DNA from: Trichoplax sp. H2
Taxonomy: Eukaryota
Assembly (NCBI GenBank): GCA_003344405.1
Contig: NOWV01000018.1
Span: forward strand, 1 to 64,000
DNA length: 64,000 nucleotides
Direction: 5' to 3'
Part shown: piece after piece, positions 27,840 to 40,570 of the stretch
Numbering within the stretch: the stretch's first letter is position 1
Layout of the letters: each line of letters starts with the position of its first letter
Notes under the pieces: generated by a model
Told to the model about the DNA's origin: nothing
Database searches by the model: none
What the model saw: only the letters and a program-made list of their open reading frames with translations
Translations under genes and position numbers: made by a program

Positions 27840-30545
27840 TCAAGGAATTCTATGAAGTATATCTGGCTCCGACATGCTATGCTTTTTAGTTGATTTAAAC
27901 GACCCAATCATACTACTCTGCTTGAAGTAAAAGGACAACTGATATCATTATTAATATTAATATTCTACCAAACAATCAAATTGCTATTTATATCTTAATA
28001 AAACTATAAGCTACTAGATTTTACATAAAAATGTAATAGGCGCAACTTAGAGGAATTCAACGGCTGATATGCTGTACAGTACATAGACTGCAGATGACGC
28101 TCTATTCCGATAAATTCACTAAACGATAGACTGCTTACAAGAAATTTACTAGAGAATAATATCATGGCAATTTATTTTAGCAGTCAAAAATAATTAACGC
28201 ACAATTTGATAGATAGAACTTTGTATAATATTAGGTAAGCTAAAAATATTTATAGAATTGATCAGTATACATAATTTACTTACGTTGTTTTGTAATGATT
28301 TCGCCATATCTACAAACTGTGGTCTTTGAGCGATATTATGCGACCAACACATGTTGATAATTTTCTGTTTATTGTGATTAAAAATAATAACAGGTAGTAT
28401 CAACTTAAGTATAACACTAAAAATTTCCTCATATTTATACATTTTTACTAAAATAAATATTGTTAAATATTTTGTATCTTTCTACCTTTAATTTTGGTGG
28501 ACAATTGATATGATTTAAACTCTGCTTACAACCATTTCCAATTTTCCATATAGTAACATCCTCTGGTTCGCCAGCAAATGGCCATTCAAATGCGACTAGT
28601 TCATAAAGTATAGTTCTACAATATATAAGAAAATTAAGAGTTAATATATATATGTATTCTGTAATATAAATTTATTGATATATTCGCTCGTATAAGTTCT
28701 AAGATAAAAATGATAGCGTAAAAGCCTTTACCCAAAAGCATACATATCGGAATAATATGTATAGGGCATGGACATGTTGAAATTCGGTGGATCAACAATC
28801 ATTGTTCTCATTAATTCAGGACTAATATATGTTAAATGGCCATGTGGAATAATACTGGTGTTTTCACTACGATAAGATGTGCCATTATAAGTGCTATAAT
28901 CTGTGATTGAAATTTTCACTTTTGATTCTAGAAAAATATTTCTAGAACACAATTTGGTATGAACGATTCCTTTGGCATGTAAATAACCCATTCCATGTGC
29001 AATCTGACGCGCAATTTGCAATTTAGTCTTCATCGATAATTTATCGTGGCGATGATGTGTGTGATGATATAATGAGTGTCCTTTACGCATGCTACAGTGA
29101 AAATAAGACATACTATATTACAATTTCAGAAGATTAAGAACGAGTATCGTAATTATATTTATGTAATTGCAACATCATGTTTTTAATCATTTTCTGACGT
29201 GATCTACTTGTATACTGTATACCGTAATTCCACTCAAATTGATTCGAAAAAATTCTTATCATTAATATGTACACATATTAATAATTATAACAAACGATGA
29301 ATACTAGAATGTCCATTTAATGTTTTACCTTGTAATAATTGCATAAAATGGGGGTTCGAAGCAAGCTCCCATAAATAAAGAGATATTGTCATGGCGAATC
29401 ATACTTAAAATAGATACTTCTTGCCATAAATCAGAAATTTCCTTCTTATTTAAATTCTCTCTTGTATGAATCATAACTTCTCCATGCCATCGGCCTCTGA
29501 TATCAGGTATTAGTCGCATTAGAAAAATATTAAATTACCCAAACGGATTACAACGTTATCATATGAATACGAAACTAACTTGTAGATGGAACCTTTATAA
29601 CCAGTTTTAAGTCGATCACCAAATTTTAGATCACAAAGAAGAACTAGCCATTCTTTTAAGGATTCCTGCAGCATTAAAAGGAAATAATTGTATTAAAAGG
29701 AAATCTTTTACCACGCTTAGTTGTTAATATAGCAGCAATGCTACATAATAAACGACATACGATGTATCATTAGCAAATTATTTAATTTTTAAAGAATGAA
29801 ATTTTCTTGTAACCTTAAGTTCTTCAAATTGATCGTCGAAAGCGTCCCCTGATACCAAGTGTAATCGTTCATAATTGTTATGGCCATTATAGGGAGGAGA
29901 TGAAACAGGAGTACCTAAGATTTAAAGCAATATTTTTCAACATCCAAGTTACAATCATCAGCTTTTAAGAATAGAATACAACACTCCTATCTTACCTTGA
30001 TAACTAAATTGAGTATTATCCATAGGGAAATGGTGACCAGCACTTTGAGGCCATGTACTTGTGATAGAATGGCGGCGCTCCGATGGCGCTGGTGACGGTG
30101 GCATTAGAAATTGTGATGAATGCATTGGTAATGTATTTGGTGATGTAACAAGGCCTGACAAGCTGTTAAAACTATCTGAGTAAAATGATGACGAATAAAT
30201 GGACGATGCTGATGAGGGTAACAGCGAATCTTCATCATTTGTATACGACGCTTGACTATGATATTGTACTGACTGCAAATCCGATTCATCGGCGGTACTG
30301 CCAAAGAAATTGGCATTTTTAACCCCTGGAGTGCAAATATTTGGATCGGAATGGCTATCACAATGCATTTCTAACCCAAATGTTGAAGTTTTGTCGCGAC
30401 ATAGCAAACTTTCATCCACGGTATGGCTTTGATTTAGTTCACTGAAATGACATGAGTTACTGAATCGATCTTGTTGTTTTCGTAGATCTTCAGGTTGTGT
30501 CGACAAAATAATATCCCTGCCGGTTGTTTGTATTGTTGTAGTCAT
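27840..30545 (-). CDS. KSR/RAF-family pseudokinase, KSR3-like, 8 exons, 518 aa from the first supported ATG
   Basis: Exons 30545-29996, 29914-29814, 29665-29580, 29496-29329, 29091-28732, 28615-28486, 28364-28284 and 27920-27840 join in frame. KSR signatures: GRWHGEV, IRHDNISLFMGAC..PP..AIITS, GMGYLHAKGIVH, YEL...WPF. Catalytic motifs are altered (VMIH, HTKL, DYS). An acceptor AG precedes the ATG, so upstream exons may exist. Confidence 0.9.
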
Positions 30546-31699
30546 ATCTATTAGATAATATAGACAAAATTAATTGTAAACCAACGGAAATAAATGAACA
30601 TAAACAATCATGGAGAGTAAGGGAGCATCCAATCAATCAAATATTTCATATCCCTAGGTATAAAACAAGACATGAAATGCTAAAAGAATTCTCTATTAAA
30701 CGTTATGAGGTTATTTCTTCTCGTTTTATACCAAGGTCAATTGATGAATATAAATAAATGGCACTAAATGGAGTATTGTAATGTTTATTTATGTAAAAGT
30801 AAAATTGAAAGAAATTACTATAAATTCAATTTCTATTTGCAAATAACAATTAAAATATTCTAGGACCTTGATAATCAAAATTCAACGGCACTCTCATGTC
30901 TATCAATTTCAATAATATTTAAAAATAAATACGGTAACTCAAACTATTTTACCCCATCAAGATTTAAAATATTTATATTAGTCTCTCCTAAAGGAAAACT
31001 GCAGTAGCTTTCGGAAATTGCTTTGATATTTAGAACCCAAAAAATAAAAGAAGTGCTACATTTTTAAGTCTAGTGTATAATATACATAAACACAGGAATT
31101 ATAGCAAGTCAAGAATTGAGATTTTTTGTGCTAAAAATCTTCATGAATATAAAAGTAAAATTAGCATTAAGAATTACTTATTTTACTATAATGATCTGAA
31201 AAAGTGAGTGTCGAATCTATGGTAAAGTACCCTATCCATTGATATTAATTATCTGACTTCCATCGTGGAGCGTTACCAGTCCAAAGGATATTCCTTTCAG
31301 GAATTACTAATGTCAATCATCTTGATGCATTAGATGGCCTAACTGTCACTAGTTATTTTAGTCTTCCGCTGAGATAAGAAGCTGACCAGATGGCAATTTC
31401 GGTGCAGTCTTTTACGTATAAAATATTAAAATTGTTTGAAAACTTTTTTCATCTAAAACAGATTCGCAGCGAATACCATTTAGGCTCATTTTGTTAGCTA
31501 GTGATAGTATTAGTTGATTACTACAGCTCAATGTTACAAATTTAAGTACACACTTTCACATGTTATCGCGATTGCTTCGCCTAAAGTTAGCCTTCATCCC
31601 TCGAAAATTCATATTACCATCTGTAAACATGTCAGATAAATTTCATAATAAAGCATACCGATACCTTTTCTTTCCTTTAAAGTACTGAAAACGTTCTTA

Positions 31700-32343
31700 G
31701 CTTTTTAACCAAAATACGCGTAAGTAATGATAGAATAAGCTCACTTAAAGTGCCATAAAGTAACAATTCCCATCACGAACGATCGTAATTTACCGAGAAG
31801 GTTTTTAAGATGGTATAGCCAAAAATGATAAAATAATACCTTATCTGTAATCCTTTAAAGGTTCTGCGAGTAGTTTGTTTTCCAACTTGGATATTTTTTG
31901 CATTATTATCAAAACAAATGGAAGTTCGATTATAATTAGGAAATACATTACGTGGCATCAAAGGACATCGACATAAGAGATCAATGTTGTGGGAAAAGAA
32001 AACATGACACGAAACAGACTGTTGATCTTCTAGTCAAGCATTCAATACATGAGATGATTTTCAAGGAAGATCTATCAAGAGGACTCTTAGATACATTTTT
32101 TATGCTGAACTTTCGATTTAAATCGTAATTATACGTTACTCCAAACATTGTTGACTATTACCATTAATTGTGAACGATCGCTTTCATAACGCTATCGGTA
32201 ACTTTTGAAGTTTATAATAATTGAAAAAGTGCTCATATTGATTATGACTTATCGCCTCTAATCGCAAATGAGGGTATAATAATTGTAAGTAATCAAAGAA
32301 AGTAGAATATGAGTTATTACTGTCTAGGTTGTAAAGATATGAA
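31700..32343 (-). pseudogene. Possible decayed LRR-GPCR (LGR-like) fragment
   Basis: In order: LRLEAISHNQYEHFFNYYKLQKL (LRR-like), FTINGN (TM1-like), LDRS, LTRRSTVCFVSCF, CPLMPRNVFPNYNRTSICF (ECL2-like) and YYFIIFGYTIL, with stops and frameshifts. Confidence 0.3.
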
Positions 32344-32855
32344 NNNNNNNNNNNNNNNNNNNNCTGTGTCATACTGTACTGGACAGTACAGTAGTGTACA
32401 GCGTATACAGGGTAATTTGGTCGGTCTGGCTACATGTCCGTATAACGTTCTCCTTGATTCGTTCTTTTAGCAATCCAAATAGCTTTCAATATTTTAATAC
32501 TATATCTAAGTTGCAGTCTATCTCGATTTAGCGTAGCTAAATAGCTTTCAATATTTTAATACTATATCTAAGTTGCAGTCTATCTCGATTTAGCGTAGCT
32601 AAAAATTTAAATCTGATGAAACTCATTGCGATAGCAGAAATTTCTATTTTACTAATCGAGTTGCGATGAACAGATTTTAAAACTCTTNNNNNNNNNNNNN
32701 NNNNNNNCGGTAACTTTTGAAGTTTATAATAATTGAAAAAGCGCTGATATTGATTATGACTTATCGCCTCTAATCGCAAATGACGGTATAATAATTGTAA
32801 GTAATCAAAGAAACTAGAATATGAGTTATTACTGTCTAGGTTGTAAAGATATGAA
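32196..32855. other. Assembly artefact: gap-bounded alternate copy of 25984-26245 flanked by a duplicated 148-bp segment
   Basis: N-runs at 32344-32363 and 32688-32707. The insert 32364-32687 matches 25984-26245 with a few SNPs plus a 62-bp tandem duplication (32477-32600). Segment 32196-32343 repeats at 32708-32855 with about four SNPs. Confidence 0.85.
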
Positions 32856-33689
32856 TGTAAAATATAAGATTAAAAAAATAATTGATTGGTACAACGGTAG
32901 TCTCCGATACACTAGATAGTCGCAAAGAAAAAGTAGCATTTAACCTGAATAAATGCAATGGGTTTTTACTCATGTCGAACAAGTTCTGATAATTATAATG
33001 ATTACATTGTGCAAGACAATTTTATCCGTTAAGAATAGTAAAAATCTGAAAATACAACATACAACAAAGAGGATGTGATACCTTCCTGAAATCAATGATT
33101 CAACATCCTAAGTATTGTCGCAGATCAATCCAATTTTTATGGCAAACGGTACTTATCAAGGCTTTAAAACGCCAGACTCGAATTAATTAGTACTTACTTT
33201 TCCAGAACAGTTATTCAATAAATGTTTTAGCTAATTTTTCTTGTCACCCAAGCAAAAAATTTAAAATTCAATCTCTACTTCATCCTTCAATACATAACTC
33301 GAATAGGAGGACATTTAAACAATAAATGATACGTAGGTGGAATTAGAAAGAGACCATGACAAAAAGATGCTGGAGGAAACTTCCAATAATATCATAATAA
33401 CGGGCGACAGTTATACTAACAATAAAAGGACGTTTGTTTGTGGCTCACTAACTAATTTGATATCCTGCTATTAATTCATTCCATCATTTAAGTGAGCAAG
33501 AGTTTGTTGATAAAAGTGCACCATGCCTTAGTTTGTTTTTATGCATTTTAATGACTACACTTAATCGATCAAGAAATAAAAGAAAATGACTCCGATATAG
33601 AAAAAAACCTACGCATTGGTAGCTGTGGCGTATCATAAATTAGAATGAATCAGGTCAAATTTTTTCCTTTGAATTCGCTTTTCTACAGC

Positions 33690-34600
33690 GGCTTCAAGAC
33701 CCTAAACATATCTATATTCGCTCTATCTCTAGCCATAGTGTTATCGTACGCTATTACAAAATTTATCGTAGGCAGTAGGCATGAGATTATCATTATTAAA
33801 GATATGGAGGTGGCATAGCTGGCGTATATTGACTCTTAAATAAATATCATTACCACTGCATCATTTTTCAATACCTTAATCACTTGCTATCAATCTATTC
33901 TCTATCAATACGGCATCAATTAATGTGTCTCTTTAAATTAAAATATATAGTTAGAACTATCAATTGTATTAATTAGTGATCCTTTTGTTTTCATCTAATG
34001 AACAAGGAATAGACGTTGTTGATCGCTGTACAAAAGTAATGTAGTCCGCTATTTGGGGTAAAGGGCCAAAGTGGCGAGCCATAATAGACGGCTTGTCTCA
34101 TTACTAAACAATATAATTAAATAAGACAGGAAAACTGTGTCGCTTACAATAAAAATCTTCAATTTGTGCTGTGTTTCTTCTTTTATAGTATTTTAAATAG
34201 AAAAAGTAAATATAAGCTCAAAAATACCCGAATGGAATTATTTTCTATAACAACGATCAGCCAAGACTGGCCAAGATAGAAATATAAAGTAATAATGCAA
34301 GGAAATGGTCAAAGGTAGTCTACTTGGGACACTTGAATAATTGTAGTAAGAAGCGATAGTAATCATAATAAATCCAAGCCATCACAATTCAAAATATTCC
34401 TTGAAATTATGATTTTTAAGTCAATACGTGTAAACTATTAATGTTATCGTGACTTGATATAGATTTTATAGCAAATACCAGCCGATATATCCAGTCATAA
34501 ATCTGATGCTTATTATTGATGAGGATGACACTATCGATCATAACAAGTTCGGAACCTCCAAATATCCATTACATCCATAATTTTAGGTCAATTCATTAGA
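33690..34600 (-). pseudogene. Possible decayed class A GPCR fragment(s)
   Basis: WIFG (34568), IVMAWIY (34388), LLWLATLALYP (~34085), PCSLD (~34005) and SYATSISLIMIISCLLPTINFVIAY (33820-33745) resemble ECL1, TM4, ECL2 and TM5. Confidence 0.35.
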
Positions 34601-36037
34601 AACTGATCAAAATAAGGTTAATATAACCCTGATTTCAACTGATTGGTGATTAATGATCTATGATCTAGACATTATAGGTTACTAATAATAATATACAATC
34701 TAAAGTTGATGTTAAAGAGTGTAATATCGAATATTACAATCTACGAATAATACTTCTTATCCTATCAATTTTAAGCAAGATGTCTACATGTAGTCAATGC
34801 AGAAAGGCTTGTTTGATCATTATATTATCCTGTAATATCATGCTAGTGATATCTACTTTTCAATCCGATATTTAGGTATTTAAATAAGTAATAAAGTCGA
34901 TCATAATCTATAAGCAAACATAACACAATATTAGCTTTCTCAAGTAGTATTGCTAAATGTCTTGTACAGTATATTGTGACCAAAGGAATACCAGAACTAA
35001 TTCTTATAATTGCAAGTGGTCTACAGTACAGACTCCTAAGATTTTAATAATGATAATTAATTCCTAAATTGTGCAGTCTAAAAAGGAAGTAAATAATATA
35101 CGATTTTAAAAATTACTAGTACTGATTGAGTGCTATAATATTACATCAAAGACTATTCCAGCGTAATATATGTATCTTCTTGAAATAACTTTCATTTAGA
35201 CCATTTCTTATAAAACCTAACGATTGCCTGAACAAGATTCGGTAAATAAATCTATTTTTCTGTTCTTAATAGACAACTACCAACTCAGTATTGATATTGG
35301 CAAGCTTTTAAAAGTCACAAGTATTCCATAAAAGTAGAAAGTAAATTGTAAACTTCTAATTTGCTTGAAAATAATAAATACATTTTATCAAATTGACTAC
35401 ATGTCTCTTTCTTAAAGCACGTGATTGCTTAATACTACTACTTGATTGAAGTAGATAATTTCCTATCTGATATTTTGATGACAAAATGAATACGGTATTC
35501 AATCACTTTGTTACACTTCTTGCTAGGTATATAACAATATACGAGATGATCCATCCCCATAAATCTGTATAAAATCATTATTATTGCTTATGTACAGATA
35601 TAGACTGGACCGGAGTAAATTACGACATATAGAATCACTTTTTCTTTTACATTAAAAATTGAACACAGGATGCCATTAAAAGCTACTCTAACCATTTGCT
35701 TTAGGTAGTATAATGAGACTTCAGGTGTCGATATTAGAGTATTGCCAATAGGTTATTTTTTACACTTGATAAAATTTTAGTATACTTAATTTAGACATCA
35801 CAAATCATAAATCATTATCATTATTAAGAGACATAAAATTATAATCGAAAATAAGCCCATAATTATTGCTTATCTAACAATTATCCCTGAATAATAACTA
35901 CTTTAATGTATATAAAATAATTGCTAATTATACTGTAAGTATTACTGAATAGGTTTATGGATAAAAATATACCGTATAAAATTTATAGAATGTACCACAT
36001 TAATTTTCTCCTCACTTGCAACTTAATATTTTTTATC

Positions 36038-36200
36038 AAACCAAAGAAAATAGACTATCAAGTAGCGTAATGCAGAATAAAATAGACAGCAATTATAATA
36101 TACTTTGTCAAATTTCTTCTTATGTTTTAGTACTTTCCATCCAAATCAAAGAAAATAAACTATTACCGTAATGCAAAATAAAACAAATATCAACTTAATA
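36038..36200 (+). repeat. Diverged ~60-bp direct repeat pair
   Basis: aaaccaaagaaaatagactat..cgtaatgcagaataaaa (36038) versus aaatcaaagaaaataaactat..cgtaatgcaaaataaaa (36143). Confidence 0.7.
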
Positions 36201-38329
36201 GTTGGGCAATTTTTTATGCTTGAATAAGTGTTATAATTATCGCCATCATCGTAATAAATATCTTGATGATTATGTCGCGTAGGATGTGAATAGACTCAAT
36301 AGACTTTACCGAGAAGATATATTGCATTAGTCAATAGAAGAGATTAGCTTCAAATTTAAATTCATGCATGCAGGCATTGTAGTTAAATAATAATTAGCAT
36401 TAAGGCTGATTTTAATACTTATAGATAGACATAAATATAAATTAATCGTCCATGATTGATTAATGATTATGTTATGAAACTAGAAATGATCGTATATTTA
36501 CTATTAATAATTCGAAACAAAAATCCATTCAAAATGTAATGATTATTCCGTCATGTACTATAATTGTATAAATAAATAATTATTGCCACACGTAAGTTAG
36601 TAGTGGGAAGTTCCTTCTATAGCATAACTTTATATGAGAGCAACCCATCTGTTCCAATTATCTATTCCTTTCTGTTTGTAAACAAATTTTTGATAAAAAT
36701 CTGATATATATGAGACCTTCACGAGATCTGAGAACAAATTTTTAAACATCGTGCTAACATCACGTTGGTCTTAAAAAGTTATCAGAAAAAAGCGGCTTGA
36801 CTAATACATGAAATTATCACATACGTGTACAAGTTATATTAATTATTGTTGACTCCAAATTTTCTAATCAGGGCCATAAATCATAGTGAATTTACAGAAA
36901 ATGCTTAATATAGCTGTAGATATCAAAATACGGTAGTCAATTTGGTATCATAGAAATTGTATAAACCTTTCTCTTTACTATTCTTTCATGTCTGCATTTG
37001 AAAGAGATAGATAATTATAAGTAAATATTAGAGCCGAAATGTCCTATTTTAATCTTAAAAATTGCATAATTGACTGAAATCTAGTGTATCATATTTCGAA
37101 AAAATGATTGCTAATAGCCTATAAAATTACTGTACAAGTAAATCTGCATTGAGCCATTATTATGTTGAAATTGTAGCAATCGTTTCTCCATGGTATTTAT
37201 ATAAATGTTGTAGAGATTTAAATAATCCGACTATTCTATGAAATAGCTACTATTTCTATATTAGCTGTCCTGTCACTCAATCGCGACTAATGGGCAGTTT
37301 GCAAAATGACCGATTTCGCATACGGTCACGTTCATATATACTATACGAATTTGCTTTTTAGTTGTTCATATCAATATCATTAATTTAATTCTTATTGAAA
37401 TCTTTTCGTATTTAGAAGTAACTGCAATCTAATCGTGGTTAATTCTACCAATACTTCAGTCCTGCACTATATTCCTCATATACACACAGTATGATAGGCA
37501 AATAAAGTTTTAATACTGTGCTGCTGGGTATAAAATATAAGCATATACAATAAAGATAATAGCTAAAATTAATTATTGGGTGTATACGCATATCTTCATT
37601 TATTATTAACTAAGACACTATAGTTGCTTTAAAATTTTTAAAAGAAATAAAAGCATAATCTTAGATTGATCATTAAATTAATCTTAACTCATGCAGTCTG
37701 ATCTACACAATCTTTGCAAAGCGTGCAGAAGTAACGGATATATTATGTTTCTCCAAGGAATCGCTTACTACTTACTAGCTAGTACTGTAATTAAGATTAA
37801 ATATAATTTAAAGAATTTTTATTACTGAAAATTTTCATATTCTGTTGTAGAAGGCAAAGACTTTTATTCTAATTTATAATAGTATATTATCGATTATATA
37901 CCGATGTGAAATAGTGTGTTAGCGTATTGAACTGATTTTAACAAATGCGAAAATAACTAGATAAAAATTTAACTTTTACTAAATCTCTCCTTATTTTTAC
38001 AACGTGATACTGGAAAATTATTAATCTTTATAGATACATGATTATGATTAAATGCAGTTCATTGATTAAGTGAGAGTCTTACTGCAGTAGTATTGGGTAT
38101 ATAGTAATAATAGAAACATAATTGAAGTGTCTTATTTGTTAAATAAGAAATATACTAAGCTAATATTGGATATAGCAAGGGATTACCAAAAATGAAACTT
38201 TCATTCTTAAAGTCAAATCTTTAGTAGCTCTAATAATGGGATGTAATGATTAAGAGCGGCTTACTGAACAAATGAGGACCCTACTAAACTTAATTTATAC
38301 ATTTAAGGTACAGTACACTAAGAATACGA

Positions 38330-38720
38330 TCATGATTAAAATAATGTACTGATAAAAGAGAACTTTCTATACTAAATTTGAAAGCCCAGGATATAAAAAG
38401 GGCACAATCACTATTGAAGCAGTTCAATAATAAAATGAGAATCTTGCTATAAGAAATTAAGTATTATCTTTCAACAATATATGGCGGTAGACCATCAAAG
38501 GAAAGAATTATACCAGTATATTGAATTTCATAACCCTCGGCATACTATCCACTAATTAATGAAGTAAGGAACTGAAACTGAGAATTCTTGTGGGTAGGAA
38601 AGTATAATTGTGAACGTGAACTATACGATTCATTGTGAGTCTAAGGATATGGTGCAGACGATATTTTTGTTACCGGTAATTTCTCCTGACAACCATTAGA
38701 CAATATTCTTTCAATCAATA
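38330..38720 (-). pseudogene. Possible decayed GPCR fragment (TM1-TM4)
   Basis: ITGNKNIVCTI (TM1 GN-like), NYTFL and IVIVPFLYPG in broken frames. Confidence 0.22.
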
Positions 38721-40099
38721 TTTTCGCCGTATATAAACGTATTTAATTAAGATTACCTAATTACCGCACTTGTAAGTCAGACCTATTAAAATTGCGCTTT
38801 TATCTTGGATACAGGATAATAAACTAAATAATTTGCTATGAAATCTAGTCATATACTAATATAACCCTACGATAATGGCAGCAGTGTGAGATTGATTTTA
38901 GCTTGTTTGCAAATAACATTTCTACGTGCCAATTGACGTAAATCATGATAGTCAATCATTTATAATTGAATAATTCTAGTATATTACGATATCTTGGTGT
39001 GTCAGTTTAGCTACAAGATTAAGTAAACGCATTAAGTACGATCTATGGGTCTATTAAGCATGACATTAGAAGACAGTGGCATCAATCTAACTTGGTTGGG
39101 CTATACGATGCAAAGGATAATATAATATCGTGACTTTAATTTCGAAATGAGGTTTAGGAGCCCCAAATAGACATTAGAAATATCTGTCTTCTATTTTCCC
39201 TTATTGTACATACTCGTATACACTTAGACAATGCTGACAATAATAATAATTTGATCAAAGTCACCTACCCACAAACAACAATCAACTATATTATCGAAAT
39301 CAATTTATAACATCAAGCGAAATCGTGCATGAATAATAAATTAAACTTCATATCATGTTCATGGTACCTTGAATAATAAATCTGTAGCTTATTTTTGTAC
39401 AGCACGTATGATACTATTCCATAAGGTTGTATAATACTACCTTTTGTAATATCTATCATTATATTGTCACTTCTAAATGTCATTTCGGACTGAATTAATT
39501 GCATATTCCTTTCTACTTTGAAGTCATATAGGTACTTCTGTCCTCACTGTCATTTTGCATTTCTATAATATTACGGATGTCTTAATAAAAGTTGCCTAGA
39601 ATCTTTACTATTCACAATGGATATCCTGTTTTCTAAAGTTACGGGCATATCCTTATGATTTACTTGGCAATAATTCTTTACAATCGACACAAAATAGACG
39701 ACGGAAATGTCGATCATTTATTACGGTACCATATCGAAAAAGGCTAGATTGCTGTAGCCTATACTGATTGAATATTGTTGATGATTGTCTATATCAAAAA
39801 TAGGTATCCAAACGCGTAAATTAAAGATTGTATCGTTGAAAGAAAAAAATAGAATTAATTCTTTTCTCTTTCATTTTACCTTACAGCATGACAGTAAAAC
39901 ATAGCCAACAGGGCCATCTTATTCTACAACGATATACCCATTCTACATTCTAGCCTAAGAAATAGCAACTATGGTTCACCATCCCTTTATTTTGTCAGGC
40001 CCAGTGGTAAATTAATTGTGTTCTATTTCTTGAAAATAGTTCAATGTCATTAATAAAGAAGTACCAATTTTAGTAAACAAACTGCCATGAGGCGCTAAA

Positions 40100-40570
40100 T
40101 ACTGCACGCGAGAAAATCTGATTTTCGATTATATCTATTTCTTTTGCTAAATATACTCGTAATATATGGTATAGAATAATAACATGAAGCATAAGTACAC
40201 GAAAGATTCTGATTTCTAATTCTTGATCGCATTCATATCTTTTACGAAATGTGCTCATAACATACATTTAATTTACCGTGTATAACATTCTAATACAAAT
40301 CACTAAATACAGCAAAGATTCTGATTTTCAGTTCTTGATTCTGTCAATTGTTTTTACATCATATTCTTATAACTTATAGAACAATCGAATATAAACCACT
40401 ATACGCACGAAAGATTCTTATTTTTTGTTCTTAGTTTTATCGATTGCTTTTACAAAATGTGCTCATAATTTACGATATATGGCAGTCTGATATACTAACT
40501 ATATACACGAAAAATTCTGGTTTTCGATTCCTGATTCTATCGATTTTCTGTAAAAATATACCGTACTTAT
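40100..40570 (+). repeat. Degenerate ~100-bp tandem array, about 5 units
   Basis: Core cacgaaagattctgatttt..ttct.gat...ttttac.aaatgtgctcataa recurs at about 40104, 40197, 40310, 40405 and 40506. Confidence 0.8.

Noticed and set aside
31225-31410. Candidate upstream coding exon for the KSR-like gene
   Set aside because: No open frame joins the phase-1 acceptor at 30547; at most a 5'UTR exon.
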